Assembly (NCBI RefSeq): GCF_051251085.1
Contig: NZ_JBPCZH010000005.1
Location: forward strand, 91,331-123,330
Reading direction: 5' to 3'
DNA: 32,000 bases
DNA from: Cernens ardua
GTDB taxonomy: Bacteria > Pseudomonadota > Gammaproteobacteria > Pseudomonadales > Halomonadaceae
The translations under genes and the position numbers were made by a program. The notes beneath the pieces were generated by a model. It had not been told where the DNA came from. It made no database searches and saw only the letters and a program-made list of their open reading frames with translations. Position 1 is the first letter of the stretch; each line of letters begins with the position of its first letter. Positions 17,041-26,070 of this stretch are shown here, in pieces.

Positions 17041-18749
17041 GTGAGCTGCCGCACAGGCAGCTTAGAAAAGCCAGTAATCGGAAAATTGACATCGATAATC
17101 GTGAGCTGCCGCACAGGCAGCTTAGAAATTGGCCGCCTACCAATAATCATCTAACTCTCGGTGAGCTGCCGCACAGGCAGCTTAGAAATTGCCAGTTTCA
17201 AGATCACGCCAGCGTTTAATGTGAGCTGCCGCACAGGCAGCTTAGAAAGTAGCGTGAATTGTTTGCAGGCACTGTTTGCAGTGAGCTGCCGCACAGGCAG
17301 CTTAGAAAGCCGGATAACGCCGTGGCGTACTACACATTTTGTGAGCTGCCGCACAGGCAGCTTAGAAAGTTATCGCTCCCCATTTTCGGCTTGCGTGATT
17401 GTGAGCTGCCGCACAGGCAGCTTAGAAACAGTTGGCACCATCGTATATCTCAGTCCAACGGTGAGCTGCCGCACAGGCAGCTTAGAAAGACACGCTGACC
17501 ATAAGCCAGGTGGTCACTTTGTGAGCTGCCGCACAGGCAGCTTAGAAACTGGGTAATCAACACCTGTGCGCCGGATTCTTAGTGAGCTGCCGCACAGGCA
17601 GCTTAGAAATTGATCGGCATACTGGTTGGCTGATTTTAGGGGTGAGCTGCCGCACAGGCAGCTTAGAAAGCACAGCTGGTCTACAAGGCGCACCTACGGA
17701 CGTGAGCTGCCGCACAGGCAGCTTAGAAAACCGCTCCCGGCAGCTGCAACAATTTTTTGTCGTGAGCTGCCGCACAGGCAGCTTAGAAATTTACCTTCGA
17801 AAGCTACACCCGTACTGCACAGTGAGCTGCCGCACAGGCAGCTTAGAAAAATGGAAACGGTGTCTGCCTCGTTTGCAACACGTGAGCTGCCGCACAGGCA
17901 GCTTAGAAACACTGAAATCCGCTAATCAGTACGCGGATCAGGTGAGCTGCCGCACAGGCAGCTTAGAAAAGCTCAATACCGAAGATACTGCAAAGCCTGA
18001 AGTGAGCTGCCGCACAGGCAGCTTAGAAAACTTAACTGCTAAAGCAATGCTTGACGGTCTCGTGAGCTGCCGCACAGGCAGCTTAGAAAAGCTCGTTGCT
18101 GCGATCATTGAGTGACTCCACGTGAGCTGCCGCACAGGCAGCTTAGAAACTCCCAAGAATCACGAGCCTTTCAAGTGTTATGTGAGCTGCCGCACAGGCA
18201 GCTTAGAAAATCGATCAGATAAACGCCTAGCACATCTGGAAGTGAGCTGCCGCACAGGCAGCTTAGAAATGTACTTCGAAGGTGTGGGAGGCTCTGACCG
18301 CGTGAGCTGCCGCACAGGCAGCTTAGAAATTCCAGCTCGGCCAAGATGATGATGGTAATGGGGGAGCTGCCGCACAGGCAGCTTAGAAAGCGCTCTCCAC
18401 GCCCACGCTCACGGCGCAAGTGTGAGCTGCCGCACAGGCAGCTTAGAAAATTAGAATCATGAGTAAACGTTAAACAAAAAAGTGAGCTGCCGCACAGGCA
18501 GCTTAGAAAACGTTACCCGATCAGAAAAATATTGCATGATTGTGAGCTGCCGCACAGGCAGCTTAGAAAGGAGAGTACCAGCGCGCAAAGCGGCAATAGT
18601 AGTGAGCTGCCGCACAGGCAGCTTAGAAAGGGCAGCAGTAATGACGCCTATTGGGCATTACGTGAGCTGCCGCACAGGCAGCTTAGAAAAACGCGAATAC
18701 AGCACATCTGAAACTGTATCTGTGAGCTGCCGCACAGGCAGTAAGGTTG
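17041..18749 (+). CRISPR. Type I-F CRISPR array with 29 repeats and 28 spacers
   Basis: The 28-nt repeat GTGAGCTGCCGCACAGGCAGCTTAGAAA recurs every 60 nt (starts 17041...17521, then 17582...18722). Spacers are 32 nt except spacer 9 (17549-17581, 33 nt), and all spacers are unique. Repeat 23 (18362) carries T2G. Terminal repeat 29 (18722-18749) is degenerate in its last 8 nt (TAAGGTTG). The orientation and hairpin CTGCC-GCACA-GGCAG match the I-F repeat family. Confidence 0.98.
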
Positions 18750-18769
18750 AGCAACCAGATTTATTCATC

Positions 18770-18809
18770 TAAAAAACAAAAAAAGAGATCACGCTTTCAC
18801 ATGATCTCT
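18770..18809 (-). terminator. Rho-independent terminator of the tRNA gene
   Basis: 8-bp stem AGAGATCA (18784-18791) / TGATCTCT (18802-18809). On the minus strand it is followed by a 14-nt T-rich run (TTTTTTTGTTTTTT, the complement of 18770-18783). Confidence 0.6.
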
Positions 18810-18820
18810 TTCAAAAAACT

Positions 18821-18897
<77 letters not shown>

Positions 18898-18910
18898 TCA
18901 GTGGATGTGC

Positions 18911-18939
18911 ATACTACGCGCTGATGGTACAAACGTCAA
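18911..18939 (-). promoter_or_regulatory. Candidate sigma70 promoter of the tRNA gene
   Basis: The minus strand reads TTGACG (complement of 18934-18939), a 17-nt spacer, then TAGTAT (complement of 18911-18916). The -10 element ends 13 nt upstream of tRNA position 1. Confidence 0.5.
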
Positions 18940-19210
18940 GATCCAGGGAAAATAAAGTTCGTAAAGTCACCATGTTACGCTGCACTTGAATATAAAAATT
19001 GTTACCCTAGCCCTTACGTATGTGAGTCTGAGCTTTGGCGCTTGCAATGCGATGCCTTTATCAAGATGCAGTTATAAAGACATCATCATAAAGACGTTGT
19101 CACAAAATAGTGTGATGAGATGTTTTTATGGCTTTGCGGCTGTACAAGAGCTGATACACTCATACTCTAACAAGAGACAGGATGAGTTTACCCCAAGTGT
19201 GGAGCAATCA

Positions 19211-19951
19211 ATGAGCGTAGAGCTGGATGCTGAGTCCGCCGCTTTTACCTTTAAGGGTGGCATGCTACCCATGACGGTACTTGAGCTGGCGACCAGTGAC
19301 ATTGCGCATATCGAAGCGCAATTAACAGGCAAGATCAGTCAGGCACCAGCTTTTTTCCAGCATACACCGGTGGTGTTGGGGGTTGAGCGCTGCCAGGGAG
19401 AGCCATTGGCGCTGGATCAACTCTGCGCGATGCTACGTCAGCATAAATTGCTACCTGTTGCAGTAAGAGGTGGTAATGATGATGTCAAACAATCTGCCTG
19501 GGCGCTGGGACTGGGATGGTTCCCACCGAATGAAGCGCGTACTCCAGCCATGGCTGAGCCGGTCGAGCAAGTGATTCCGGCCTCTCGGCGTGAAGAAGCC
19601 TCGCCCTCCCGTGAAGCACATGGTGCACGAGTATTCCGGGGTACAGTGCGCTCGGGGCAGCAATTAAGCTCACCCGAAGGGGATCTGATCGTTGTGGGTG
19701 CTGTTAATGCGGGGGCAGAGGTGCTTGCGGCAGGCAGTATTCATATCTATGGTGCCCTGCGTGGGCGCGCACTGGCAGGCATTCATGGGAATCTGGATGC
19801 CGCTGTATTTTGCCAGGAGCTGGAAGCCGAGTTATTGGCGGTTGCCGGTAACTATAAACGTTTGGAAGATATTCCGAGAGAGCTGATTGGGCGCAGTGTT
19901 CAAGTTCATATGGTGGACGATCAGCTCGACATCAGTGCTTTTGAAGAGTAA
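19211..19951 (+). CDS. minC: Septum site-determining protein MinC
   Basis: The C-terminal MinC domain is present (VFRGTVRSGQQL...GDLIVVGAVNAGAEVLAAGSIHIYGALRGRALAG...IFC-type block). The N-terminal region aligns with E. coli MinC from MSVELD... (QAPAFFQHTPVVL). The start is placed at ATG 19211 with a GGAG Shine-Dalgarno 7 nt upstream. The track ORF begins 75 codons earlier at a TTG. Confidence 0.85.
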   Translation: MSVELDAESAAFTFKGGMLPMTVLELATSDIAHIEAQLTGKISQAPAFFQHTPVVLGVERCQGEPLALDQLCAMLRQHKLLPVAVRGGNDDVKQSAWALGLGWFPPNEARTPAMAEPVEQVIPASRREEASPSREAHGARVFRGTVRSGQQLSSPEGDLIVVGAVNAGAEVLAAGSIHIYGALRGRALAGIHGNLDAAVFCQELEAELLAVAGNYKRLEDIPRELIGRSVQVHMVDDQLDISAFEE

Positions 19952-20281
19952 ATGCGAACGCTTGTCAATGGTCATAATGCACGGCAACGCTTGACGCTTG
20001 GATACATAAATTAACCATTTATGCTCAACAAAAGCATTAATAATGTATACAGAGTCGTGAATTACTTGGACAATTGATAAAATGGATCTATAACTGGCTA
20101 TAGCTAAATTAAAAAGCAGCTATTTGGTCATAAGCGTTCTGGATTAGCCCTGATTATAGGGCAATCACGAATCGATTTAGCAGCATCCAACGGGATTTCT
20201 CTTTCGAATCCTATCAGGGCCCTCGGCAAAGATGCCGGTCGCGGCCATGAGTCATGAATAGCGTCATACAGGAATCTAACC

Positions 20282-21103
20282 TTGGCCAAGATATTAGTAG
20301 TTACATCGGGAAAGGGCGGTGTTGGCAAGACCACCAGTGCAGCAGCAATCGCTACCGGGTTGGCTCAGCGCGGTAAAAAGACGGTAGTCATCGACTTCGA
20401 CGTGGGGTTACGTAACCTGGACCTCATCATGGGGTGCGAGCGTCGTGTCGTTTATGACTTGATCAACGTCATTCAGGGGGAAGCCGGTCTTTCACAGGCA
20501 TTGATTCGCGACAAGAGAATCGAGAATCTGTACATTCTTCCTGCGTCCCAGACGCGTGACAAGGATGCGCTGACGCTTGAAGGCGTCGAGCGAGTGCTTG
20601 AAACACTGGATGAAGATGGATTCGATTACATTGTTTGCGATTCACCTGCAGGGATCGAACGTGGTGCACAACTGGCCATGTATTTCGCTGATGAAGCTGT
20701 GGTAGTGACTAACCCCGAAGTCTCATCAGTACGTGACTCTGACCGCATTTTGGGGCTGTTGAGCTCTAAAACCCGTCGTGCTGAAAATGGCAAGGACCCG
20801 GTTCGTGAGTATCTGCTGATCACCCGTTATTCGCCTAACCGTGTAACTAGCGGTGACATGCTGAATCTTGATGATATTCAGGAAATCCTCTCTATTCCTC
20901 TGGTTGGGTTGATTCCTGAATCTGAAGCAGTATTGCGTGCCTCCAACCAGGGTGTTCCTGTCACCCATGATCTGGACAGTGACGCGGGGCAAGCCTATTC
21001 GGATACAGTTGATCGTCTGCTGGGTGAAGATAAACCCTTGCGTTTCCACGAAGAACAGAAGCGTGGATTCCTGAGCCGTATGTTCGGGGGAGGTCGTCGG
21101 TGA
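20282..21103 (+). CDS. minD: Septum site-determining ATPase MinD
   Basis: 273-aa ORF whose N-terminus MAKILVVTSGKGGVGKTT (deviant Walker A) aligns with E. coli MARIIVVTSGKGGVGKTT. It ends in a C-terminal amphipathic helix (KRGFLSRMFGG). The start codon is TTG, with an AGGA Shine-Dalgarno 8 nt upstream. Confidence 0.93.
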   Translation: MAKILVVTSGKGGVGKTTSAAAIATGLAQRGKKTVVIDFDVGLRNLDLIMGCERRVVYDLINVIQGEAGLSQALIRDKRIENLYILPASQTRDKDALTLEGVERVLETLDEDGFDYIVCDSPAGIERGAQLAMYFADEAVVVTNPEVSSVRDSDRILGLLSSKTRRAENGKDPVREYLLITRYSPNRVTSGDMLNLDDIQEILSIPLVGLIPESEAVLRASNQGVPVTHDLDSDAGQAYSDTVDRLLGEDKPLRFHEEQKRGFLSRMFGGGRR

Positions 21104-21357
21104 GACTGCTGGATTTCTTTCGTGGTGAGAACAAGAAGACAGCGTCTGTTGCCAAAGAGCGCCTTCAGATTATCGTCGCGCATCAGCGGGGACAACGTGG
21201 TCAGCCCGATTACATGCCGATGCTTGAGCGTGAGCTGCTGGAAGTGATTCGTCGGTATGTTGAAGTGGATCGTGATGCCATCAGCATCAATCTGGATCGA
21301 GATGCGGACTGCTCTGTTCTTGAGCTGAATGTCACGCTGCCTAATCAGGAAGATTAG
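21100..21357 (+). CDS. minE: Cell division topological specificity factor MinE
   Basis: 85-aa ORF. The sequence LLDFF......KKTASVAKERLQIIVAH.R matches the E. coli MinE N-terminus. The GTG start overlaps the minD stop (GTGA). Confidence 0.9.
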   Translation: MRLLDFFRGENKKTASVAKERLQIIVAHQRGQRGQPDYMPMLERELLEVIRRYVEVDRDAISINLDRDADCSVLELNVTLPNQED

Positions 21358-21508
21358 GTAAACGTTTCCAAAGGATTCTAAAAATCAGGAGCAGGCTTTA
21401 TTCTGTTCTCTCGTTGCCGATAAGTAAGGTATTCGCGATGCCTGCTTGTCGGCTTCGTCGTATTTGATACTCTTCATTTTTGTATTTCATCCAAGGCAGG
21501 TAGCGCTC

Positions 21509-22966
21509 GTGTCTGATATCAGTTTTCTTTTCCATGATTATGAAACCTTTGGAACGGATCCCAAGCGAGATCGCCCGGCCCAGTTTGCAGCTATCCGTAC
21601 CGATGCCGAATTTAATGTTATTGGTGAGCCCGAGACACTGTATTGCCGTCAGGCCGAGGACTATTTACCACATCCACAAGCATGTCTGATTACGGGTATT
21701 ACCCCGCAAACGGCTAATCGACGCGGTTTGCCAGAGGTTGAATTCGCACAGCGTATCAATGAATTGATGAGTGTGCCCGGCACCTGCTCGTTGGGTTACA
21801 ACACGTTGCGTTTCGATGATGAAGTGACGCGGTTCATGCTTTATCGAAACCTGTTCGATCCTTATGCCCGTGAGTGGCAGAACGGCAATTCACGTTGGGA
21901 TTTGATCGATGCTGTACGAGCCTTTTATGCGTTGAGGCCTGAGGGTATCCAGTGGCCGATGCGTGAAGATATCAATGGTAATAAGGTACCCAGTTTCAAA
22001 TTGGATCAACTGACGGTTGTCAATGGTATTGAACATGGGGATGCGCACGATGCGACGGCGGATGTGTATGCCACCATCGAGATAGCGAAGTTGTTACGCA
22101 CTACCAATCGCAAGTTCTTCGATTATCTACTGGCACTGCGCAATAAACATCGTGTCAATGAGCTGTTGGATATTGGCGCGCGTAAACCGATGGTTCATAT
22201 ATCGCGCCGTTATCCTGCTGCGAGTGGCTGTTGTTCATTGATTGTTCCGCTGGCTCGGCATTCAACCAATCCCAATGCGGTGATTGTGATGGATCTCACG
22301 GTTGACCCTCAACCCTTGATCGATTTATCGGTCGATGAGATCAGGTCTCGCTTGTTTGTGAGTCGTGAAGAGCTGGCAGAAGGCACAACCCGCATTCCCC
22401 TCAAATTGGTACATGTAAACCGTAGTCCAGTGGTGCTTCCCATCAAGGCGCTTGATGACGCGGCAGCAAAACGTTTGCATATTGATAAAGCACAGGCTCA
22501 ACAGCACTGGCAAAGGTTGGTTCAGGCCGATGGTCTGGCTGAAAAGGTGGCGGCTGTCTTTAATGAAGGAAATCCGCCTTCCTCCAATGATCCTGACCTG
22601 ATGCTTTACTCGGGAAACTTTTTCTCCTCTGCCGATAAACGTGCCATGGCTGAAGTGCACAAGTATGCAGGCTGGGATCTGGTCGGGTTGAATGTGCCCT
22701 TTCAAGATCCACGTTTGGAAGAGATGCTCTTTAGGTTACGGGCACGTAGTTATCCCGAGACACTGGAGGGTGAAGAGCGCGAGCGGTGGGATGCAATGCG
22801 TTGGGAGCGTTTCAATTCACCGGAGCTTTCTTCACTGACACTGCAAGGTTTTGCTCGTGAAATTGAGCGCCTGAATCAGGAAGTACAGGATGATAAAAAG
22901 CGCGCATTACTGGAAGAGTTGGTAATGCATGTAGAAGCGATTATGCCTGCGCAGGCGTTTGAATAA
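21509..22966 (+). CDS. sbcB: Exodeoxyribonuclease I
   Basis: Collinear with E. coli SbcB as recalled (FLFHDYETFGT.P..DRPAQFAAIRTD.EFNVIGEPE, LGYN..RFDDEVTR, NSRWDL.D..RA.YALRPEGI.WP, NGIEH..AHDA.ADVYATI). The start is placed at GTG 21509 to match the homologue N-terminus. TTG 21446 from the track would add 21 hydrophobic residues, so the start remains uncertain. Confidence 0.85.
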   Translation: MSDISFLFHDYETFGTDPKRDRPAQFAAIRTDAEFNVIGEPETLYCRQAEDYLPHPQACLITGITPQTANRRGLPEVEFAQRINELMSVPGTCSLGYNTLRFDDEVTRFMLYRNLFDPYAREWQNGNSRWDLIDAVRAFYALRPEGIQWPMREDINGNKVPSFKLDQLTVVNGIEHGDAHDATADVYATIEIAKLLRTTNRKFFDYLLALRNKHRVNELLDIGARKPMVHISRRYPAASGCCSLIVPLARHSTNPNAVIVMDLTVDPQPLIDLSVDEIRSRLFVSREELAEGTTRIPLKLVHVNRSPVVLPIKALDDAAAKRLHIDKAQAQQHWQRLVQADGLAEKVAAVFNEGNPPSSNDPDLMLYSGNFFSSADKRAMAEVHKYAGWDLVGLNVPFQDPRLEEMLFRLRARSYPETLEGEERERWDAMRWERFNSPELSSLTLQGFAREIERLNQEVQDDKKRALLEELVMHVEAIMPAQAFE

Positions 22967-23005
22967 CCCTATAAATGTAATCGGCCGTCAGTAGGGTGTA
23001 ATAAC

Positions 23006-23034
23006 AAAGGGAGCCTTGTGTGCTCCTTTTGTTA
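23006..23034. terminator. Candidate bidirectional terminator between convergent sbcB and the M16 peptidase gene
   Basis: 9-bp stem AAAGGGAGC (23006-23014) / GCTCCTTTT (23022-23030, one G.U pair) with a 7-nt loop. A-rich sequence lies upstream and T-rich sequence downstream. Confidence 0.5.
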
Positions 23035-23169
23035 TATAAAAGTTTGTTTTTAAAAGTGTTTCATTGGCGTGCTATTTTAAGCGTACTTCTGTCGATCCGT
23101 AGGCTGATATAGTGTGATATCAAGATTGTGATGGCTGATGGGTGAAGTAGGCTACCCCATGATGATTGA

Positions 23170-26070
23170 TCATGCAGACTCCGAGTGTTCAACGGATGAT
23201 ACCGTACTGCCTTCCGATGAAGGTTCAGGATCATGGGTAATGAGTAGGGAAGGCGAGCGAATCAATTCTTCCCACGCTGATTGGACCTCTTTGGTATCAA
23301 TGGTTTTGAGCGCGTCGTATAGCTGATATGGCAAATCGAACCCAATGTTGCCCAGTTCCAGCAACTGGGTCTGTTTGTCGGCTAATTCGCTCAAACTATC
23401 CTGACGCTGAAACCATTGTTGCACGACTGCTTTCCTGGCGAATTCCAGTTGTTCGTATGTGAGTGTTTGTAGTTGCCTTGTCATTAGTGCCATGAAGTCC
23501 AGCATCTGCTCGTTCAACGTATTGCTGGGGAAGTCGGATGATTCGATGAGCATTAATAATCCAGCTCTTGAGAAAACCGGATAATATTCAGCATTAACGA
23601 CGTAGCCCAATTGTCGGTTAGTTCGCATGATGGTGTAAAAATTGGCTTGTATAAGCTGTTCAATCAATCTGGTTAACGCGCGCGATCGTAAATCCGTCTG
23701 TGGTGGCTGAAAATAAAGCAGTGCAGCGGAATCGGTGTATCCTTTCAGTGTCGGTTGCAGATGTATTTGTGAAGCGGGTAAGCTTACCGCTTCCAATACA
23801 GGAATATTTTTTAAAGGTACGCTTGGCTTTAAGCGCTTGTGTAATGTATTTGCTGTATGTATGACTGATTCCGATGTCACGTTTCCAATAGCTAATACCT
23901 GTACGTGTAGAGAGTTCAGCCATGCCCTTCTGAACTGCTCAAGCTCTTTTGGCTTCAGACTCTTGAGTTCAGCCAAAACGACTTTGTCTTCATCCCTATA
24001 TGGGTTTAGCCTACGATCCAGCTCGCCAAGTAAAGCATTGTAGAGTTGTGGCTTTACCTTACCCTCTATTGACTGCCTATAGGCCGCCCGTGCTTCCTCG
24101 AATCCTGAGGGTGTGACAGGGGTGTTGATCAATGCATCCGTGAAGGTCGTGATGAGTTGTGATGAGCGGTCATTCCATACAGAGAAGGAGGTGGCGATAC
24201 CGTCTCTATCTGTCCCGATATTCATGAATTGCAGCGCAAGTTGGGCGGGATGGTTATTTTTTTCCAGCGTTTGATTCAACCATTGCACCAACAGGGCAGT
24301 GAGCGCTCTATCATGTGGTGAGCGATGCGTATTCGGATTCATGAAACGGATACGCCATTCCACACGGGGTGAGTGGTAGTGATTGTCCCCTTGATACCAG
24401 ACATCCATGCCTTCTTGATTGATCAACCGGCGAGGGCGGTAATCCTGTACTGACAGCATCGTAAGCCGTTGTGGGATAAATTTATTCTGCTTCGGTAAAT
24501 TGAGGGGCGTAATGTGTGTGCCTTGTGGCCATTGTTGGACCTTCTCCCACCGGTAGCCTACATGATATCGGGGCGAATAATGCGCCACTTCAACATTCGG
24601 CCCATTGTAGAGTTGAAGCATGTTTTCAGGTGTTAGATATCGCATGAATGTCGCCAGGGACTCTGCTGTTGTGGTATGGCTTCTTAACGTTGTGATATTG
24701 ATTTCACTTGCTGGTGTATAGGAAAGTGTGCTGCTCAGCTCACTGGCTGTCTCCATATCACTGTGTGGTTGATATAAGGAAAAATGGAGTGCGGCCAAGC
24801 GCGCATTTTCTGCATTTCGTGATGAAGTCACAGAGTGCGTTTGGATCAGTTCCATGTAGTCGAAGAATGTCGTGCGAATGTCATCAATGTGAGTAATGCC
24901 TTCTTCTGTCAATTGAAAGTCGACATACATTAATGCTTGTTGTTTGTCTCTCACGGGAAGATCAACGTCCAGCTGTGATACCCAGCCTTTTTCCATTAAA
25001 CGAGTTGTAAGCGTACCTTCCCCCTGATGACTGATCAGTGCACGGACAAAGTCGTACGGCACATGTTGCGGTTGTGACGTGGGGTCGGGAATCGGGAAAT
25101 AGAAAACAAGATGATGACTTCCTGTCTCTGATTCGATGCTCATGCGTGCAGGTAGCCTGTCAGGAGAAAGAATAGGGGGGAATGGGGCGCGTTTGGGAAG
25201 ATGATGATTCGGTATTTCTGCAAAATATCGTTTCGCATACGCTGTCATTTCTTCCAGTGTATGAGCGCTCATGATGACCAACTGCATTCTATTGGCACTG
25301 TAATGCTGTTTGAAGAATTGCTTTAAAGCCTTCTTGAGGTGCGAGGGTGAACCGCTCAACGTGGTCATATCACCTACCACGGATTGAGTGATGGGGTGCT
25401 TCCTTGAGCTTGCCTGCCATAGGGCATCGTAGAAACGATAACTGTTATCACTAAAGGAAAGCTCGTACTCGGACTTCACTGCGAACCGTTCACGTTCAAT
25501 GAAGTGTTCGCTCAACAGCGGAGCGATGAAAAAACGAGAGAAACGCGCCAAGGCTCCAGATAGGCCATCTCGAGCCACTTCAAGTCGATAATTAGTACGA
25601 TCAAAGTCGGTATAGGCGTTATCGCGTCCGCCATATGCATGAATATAATCGCTAAACTCGGATGCTTCGGGATAGTGATCGTTTCCTAAAAACAGCATAT
25701 GTTCGAGGAAATGTGCGAGCCCCGACTTGTTCGTTGGCTCATCGGCACTTCCTGCCTCAACATTCATGGCGACAGCGCTTTTCTCTGCGGTAGGGTCTCT
25801 GACCAATAGAACCTTTAGTCCATTTTGCAATGTCAAATAACGGTATTCACGTGGATCATTTGCGCTTTTATGTATGTAGGGGGATGCTATATCCATCGGA
25901 GGAAGAGCAAGCATGTTCCCCTCCGCAAAGGGTGGGATTGAAGATCCCGCATCCTGAATATCTTCAGCGCTCACATATGGAGGAGCAAAGCAGCTTGCCA
26001 GGTAGATGCCCAGTCCGCCCAGTAAAAGGCGAAGACTATAAAAGAAAATAGGGTTAATTGAGCTGGTCAT
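23170..26070 (-). CDS. M16A zinc metallopeptidase, pitrilysin/insulysin-like (periplasmic)
   Basis: About 966 aa with the inverted zinc motif HxxEH (GLAHFLEHMLFLG) and a downstream ERE..V.SE block. Its size and four-domain length are typical of protease III. The start is placed at ATG 26070 because a signal-peptide-like segment (LRLLLGGLGIYLASCFAPPYVSA) follows it. The track's GTG 26157 would add 29 residues. Confidence 0.85.
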   Translation of the reverse strand: MTSSINPIFFYSLRLLLGGLGIYLASCFAPPYVSAEDIQDAGSSIPPFAEGNMLALPPMDIASPYIHKSANDPREYRYLTLQNGLKVLLVRDPTAEKSAVAMNVEAGSADEPTNKSGLAHFLEHMLFLGNDHYPEASEFSDYIHAYGGRDNAYTDFDRTNYRLEVARDGLSGALARFSRFFIAPLLSEHFIERERFAVKSEYELSFSDNSYRFYDALWQASSRKHPITQSVVGDMTTLSGSPSHLKKALKQFFKQHYSANRMQLVIMSAHTLEEMTAYAKRYFAEIPNHHLPKRAPFPPILSPDRLPARMSIESETGSHHLVFYFPIPDPTSQPQHVPYDFVRALISHQGEGTLTTRLMEKGWVSQLDVDLPVRDKQQALMYVDFQLTEEGITHIDDIRTTFFDYMELIQTHSVTSSRNAENARLAALHFSLYQPHSDMETASELSSTLSYTPASEINITTLRSHTTTAESLATFMRYLTPENMLQLYNGPNVEVAHYSPRYHVGYRWEKVQQWPQGTHITPLNLPKQNKFIPQRLTMLSVQDYRPRRLINQEGMDVWYQGDNHYHSPRVEWRIRFMNPNTHRSPHDRALTALLVQWLNQTLEKNNHPAQLALQFMNIGTDRDGIATSFSVWNDRSSQLITTFTDALINTPVTPSGFEEARAAYRQSIEGKVKPQLYNALLGELDRRLNPYRDEDKVVLAELKSLKPKELEQFRRAWLNSLHVQVLAIGNVTSESVIHTANTLHKRLKPSVPLKNIPVLEAVSLPASQIHLQPTLKGYTDSAALLYFQPPQTDLRSRALTRLIEQLIQANFYTIMRTNRQLGYVVNAEYYPVFSRAGLLMLIESSDFPSNTLNEQMLDFMALMTRQLQTLTYEQLEFARKAVVQQWFQRQDSLSELADKQTQLLELGNIGFDLPYQLYDALKTIDTKEVQSAWEELIRSPSLLITHDPEPSSEGSTVSSVEHSESA

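Noticed and set aside
8521-18749. The possibility that the locus is a transposon-associated (I-F3) or otherwise novel CRISPR variant, or that an anti-CRISPR/aca or other defence gene sits next to it.
   Set aside because: cas1 and an intact cas2/3 are present, and no tnsABC/tniQ, integrase or small acr-like ORF cluster is nearby. The neighbours are a sugar transporter and a tRNA/minCDE block. I see a standard I-F1 system and no convincing undescribed multi-gene system in this window.
17151-18772. A dozen ORFs on both strands with repeating peptides (VSCRTGSLE, ELPHRQLRK/N, KLPVRQLT, FLSCLCGSS).
   Set aside because: They are translation artefacts of the 28-nt CRISPR repeat recurring every 60 nt (a multiple of 3). 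They are not genes.
18986-19210. A 75-codon N-terminal extension of the minC ORF starting at TTG, with a signal-peptide/lipobox-like LSFGAC segment.
   Set aside because: MinC is cytoplasmic. Homology to MinC begins at ATG 19211, which has a GGAG Shine-Dalgarno. The extension overlaps the tRNA promoter region and is most likely just open frame.
20128-20334. A 68-aa minus-strand ORF spanning the minD start and part of the minC-minD spacer.
   Set aside because: It runs antisense to the well-supported minD start and has no ribosome-binding site or family resemblance. It is probably spurious, although the spacer itself is flagged as a finding.
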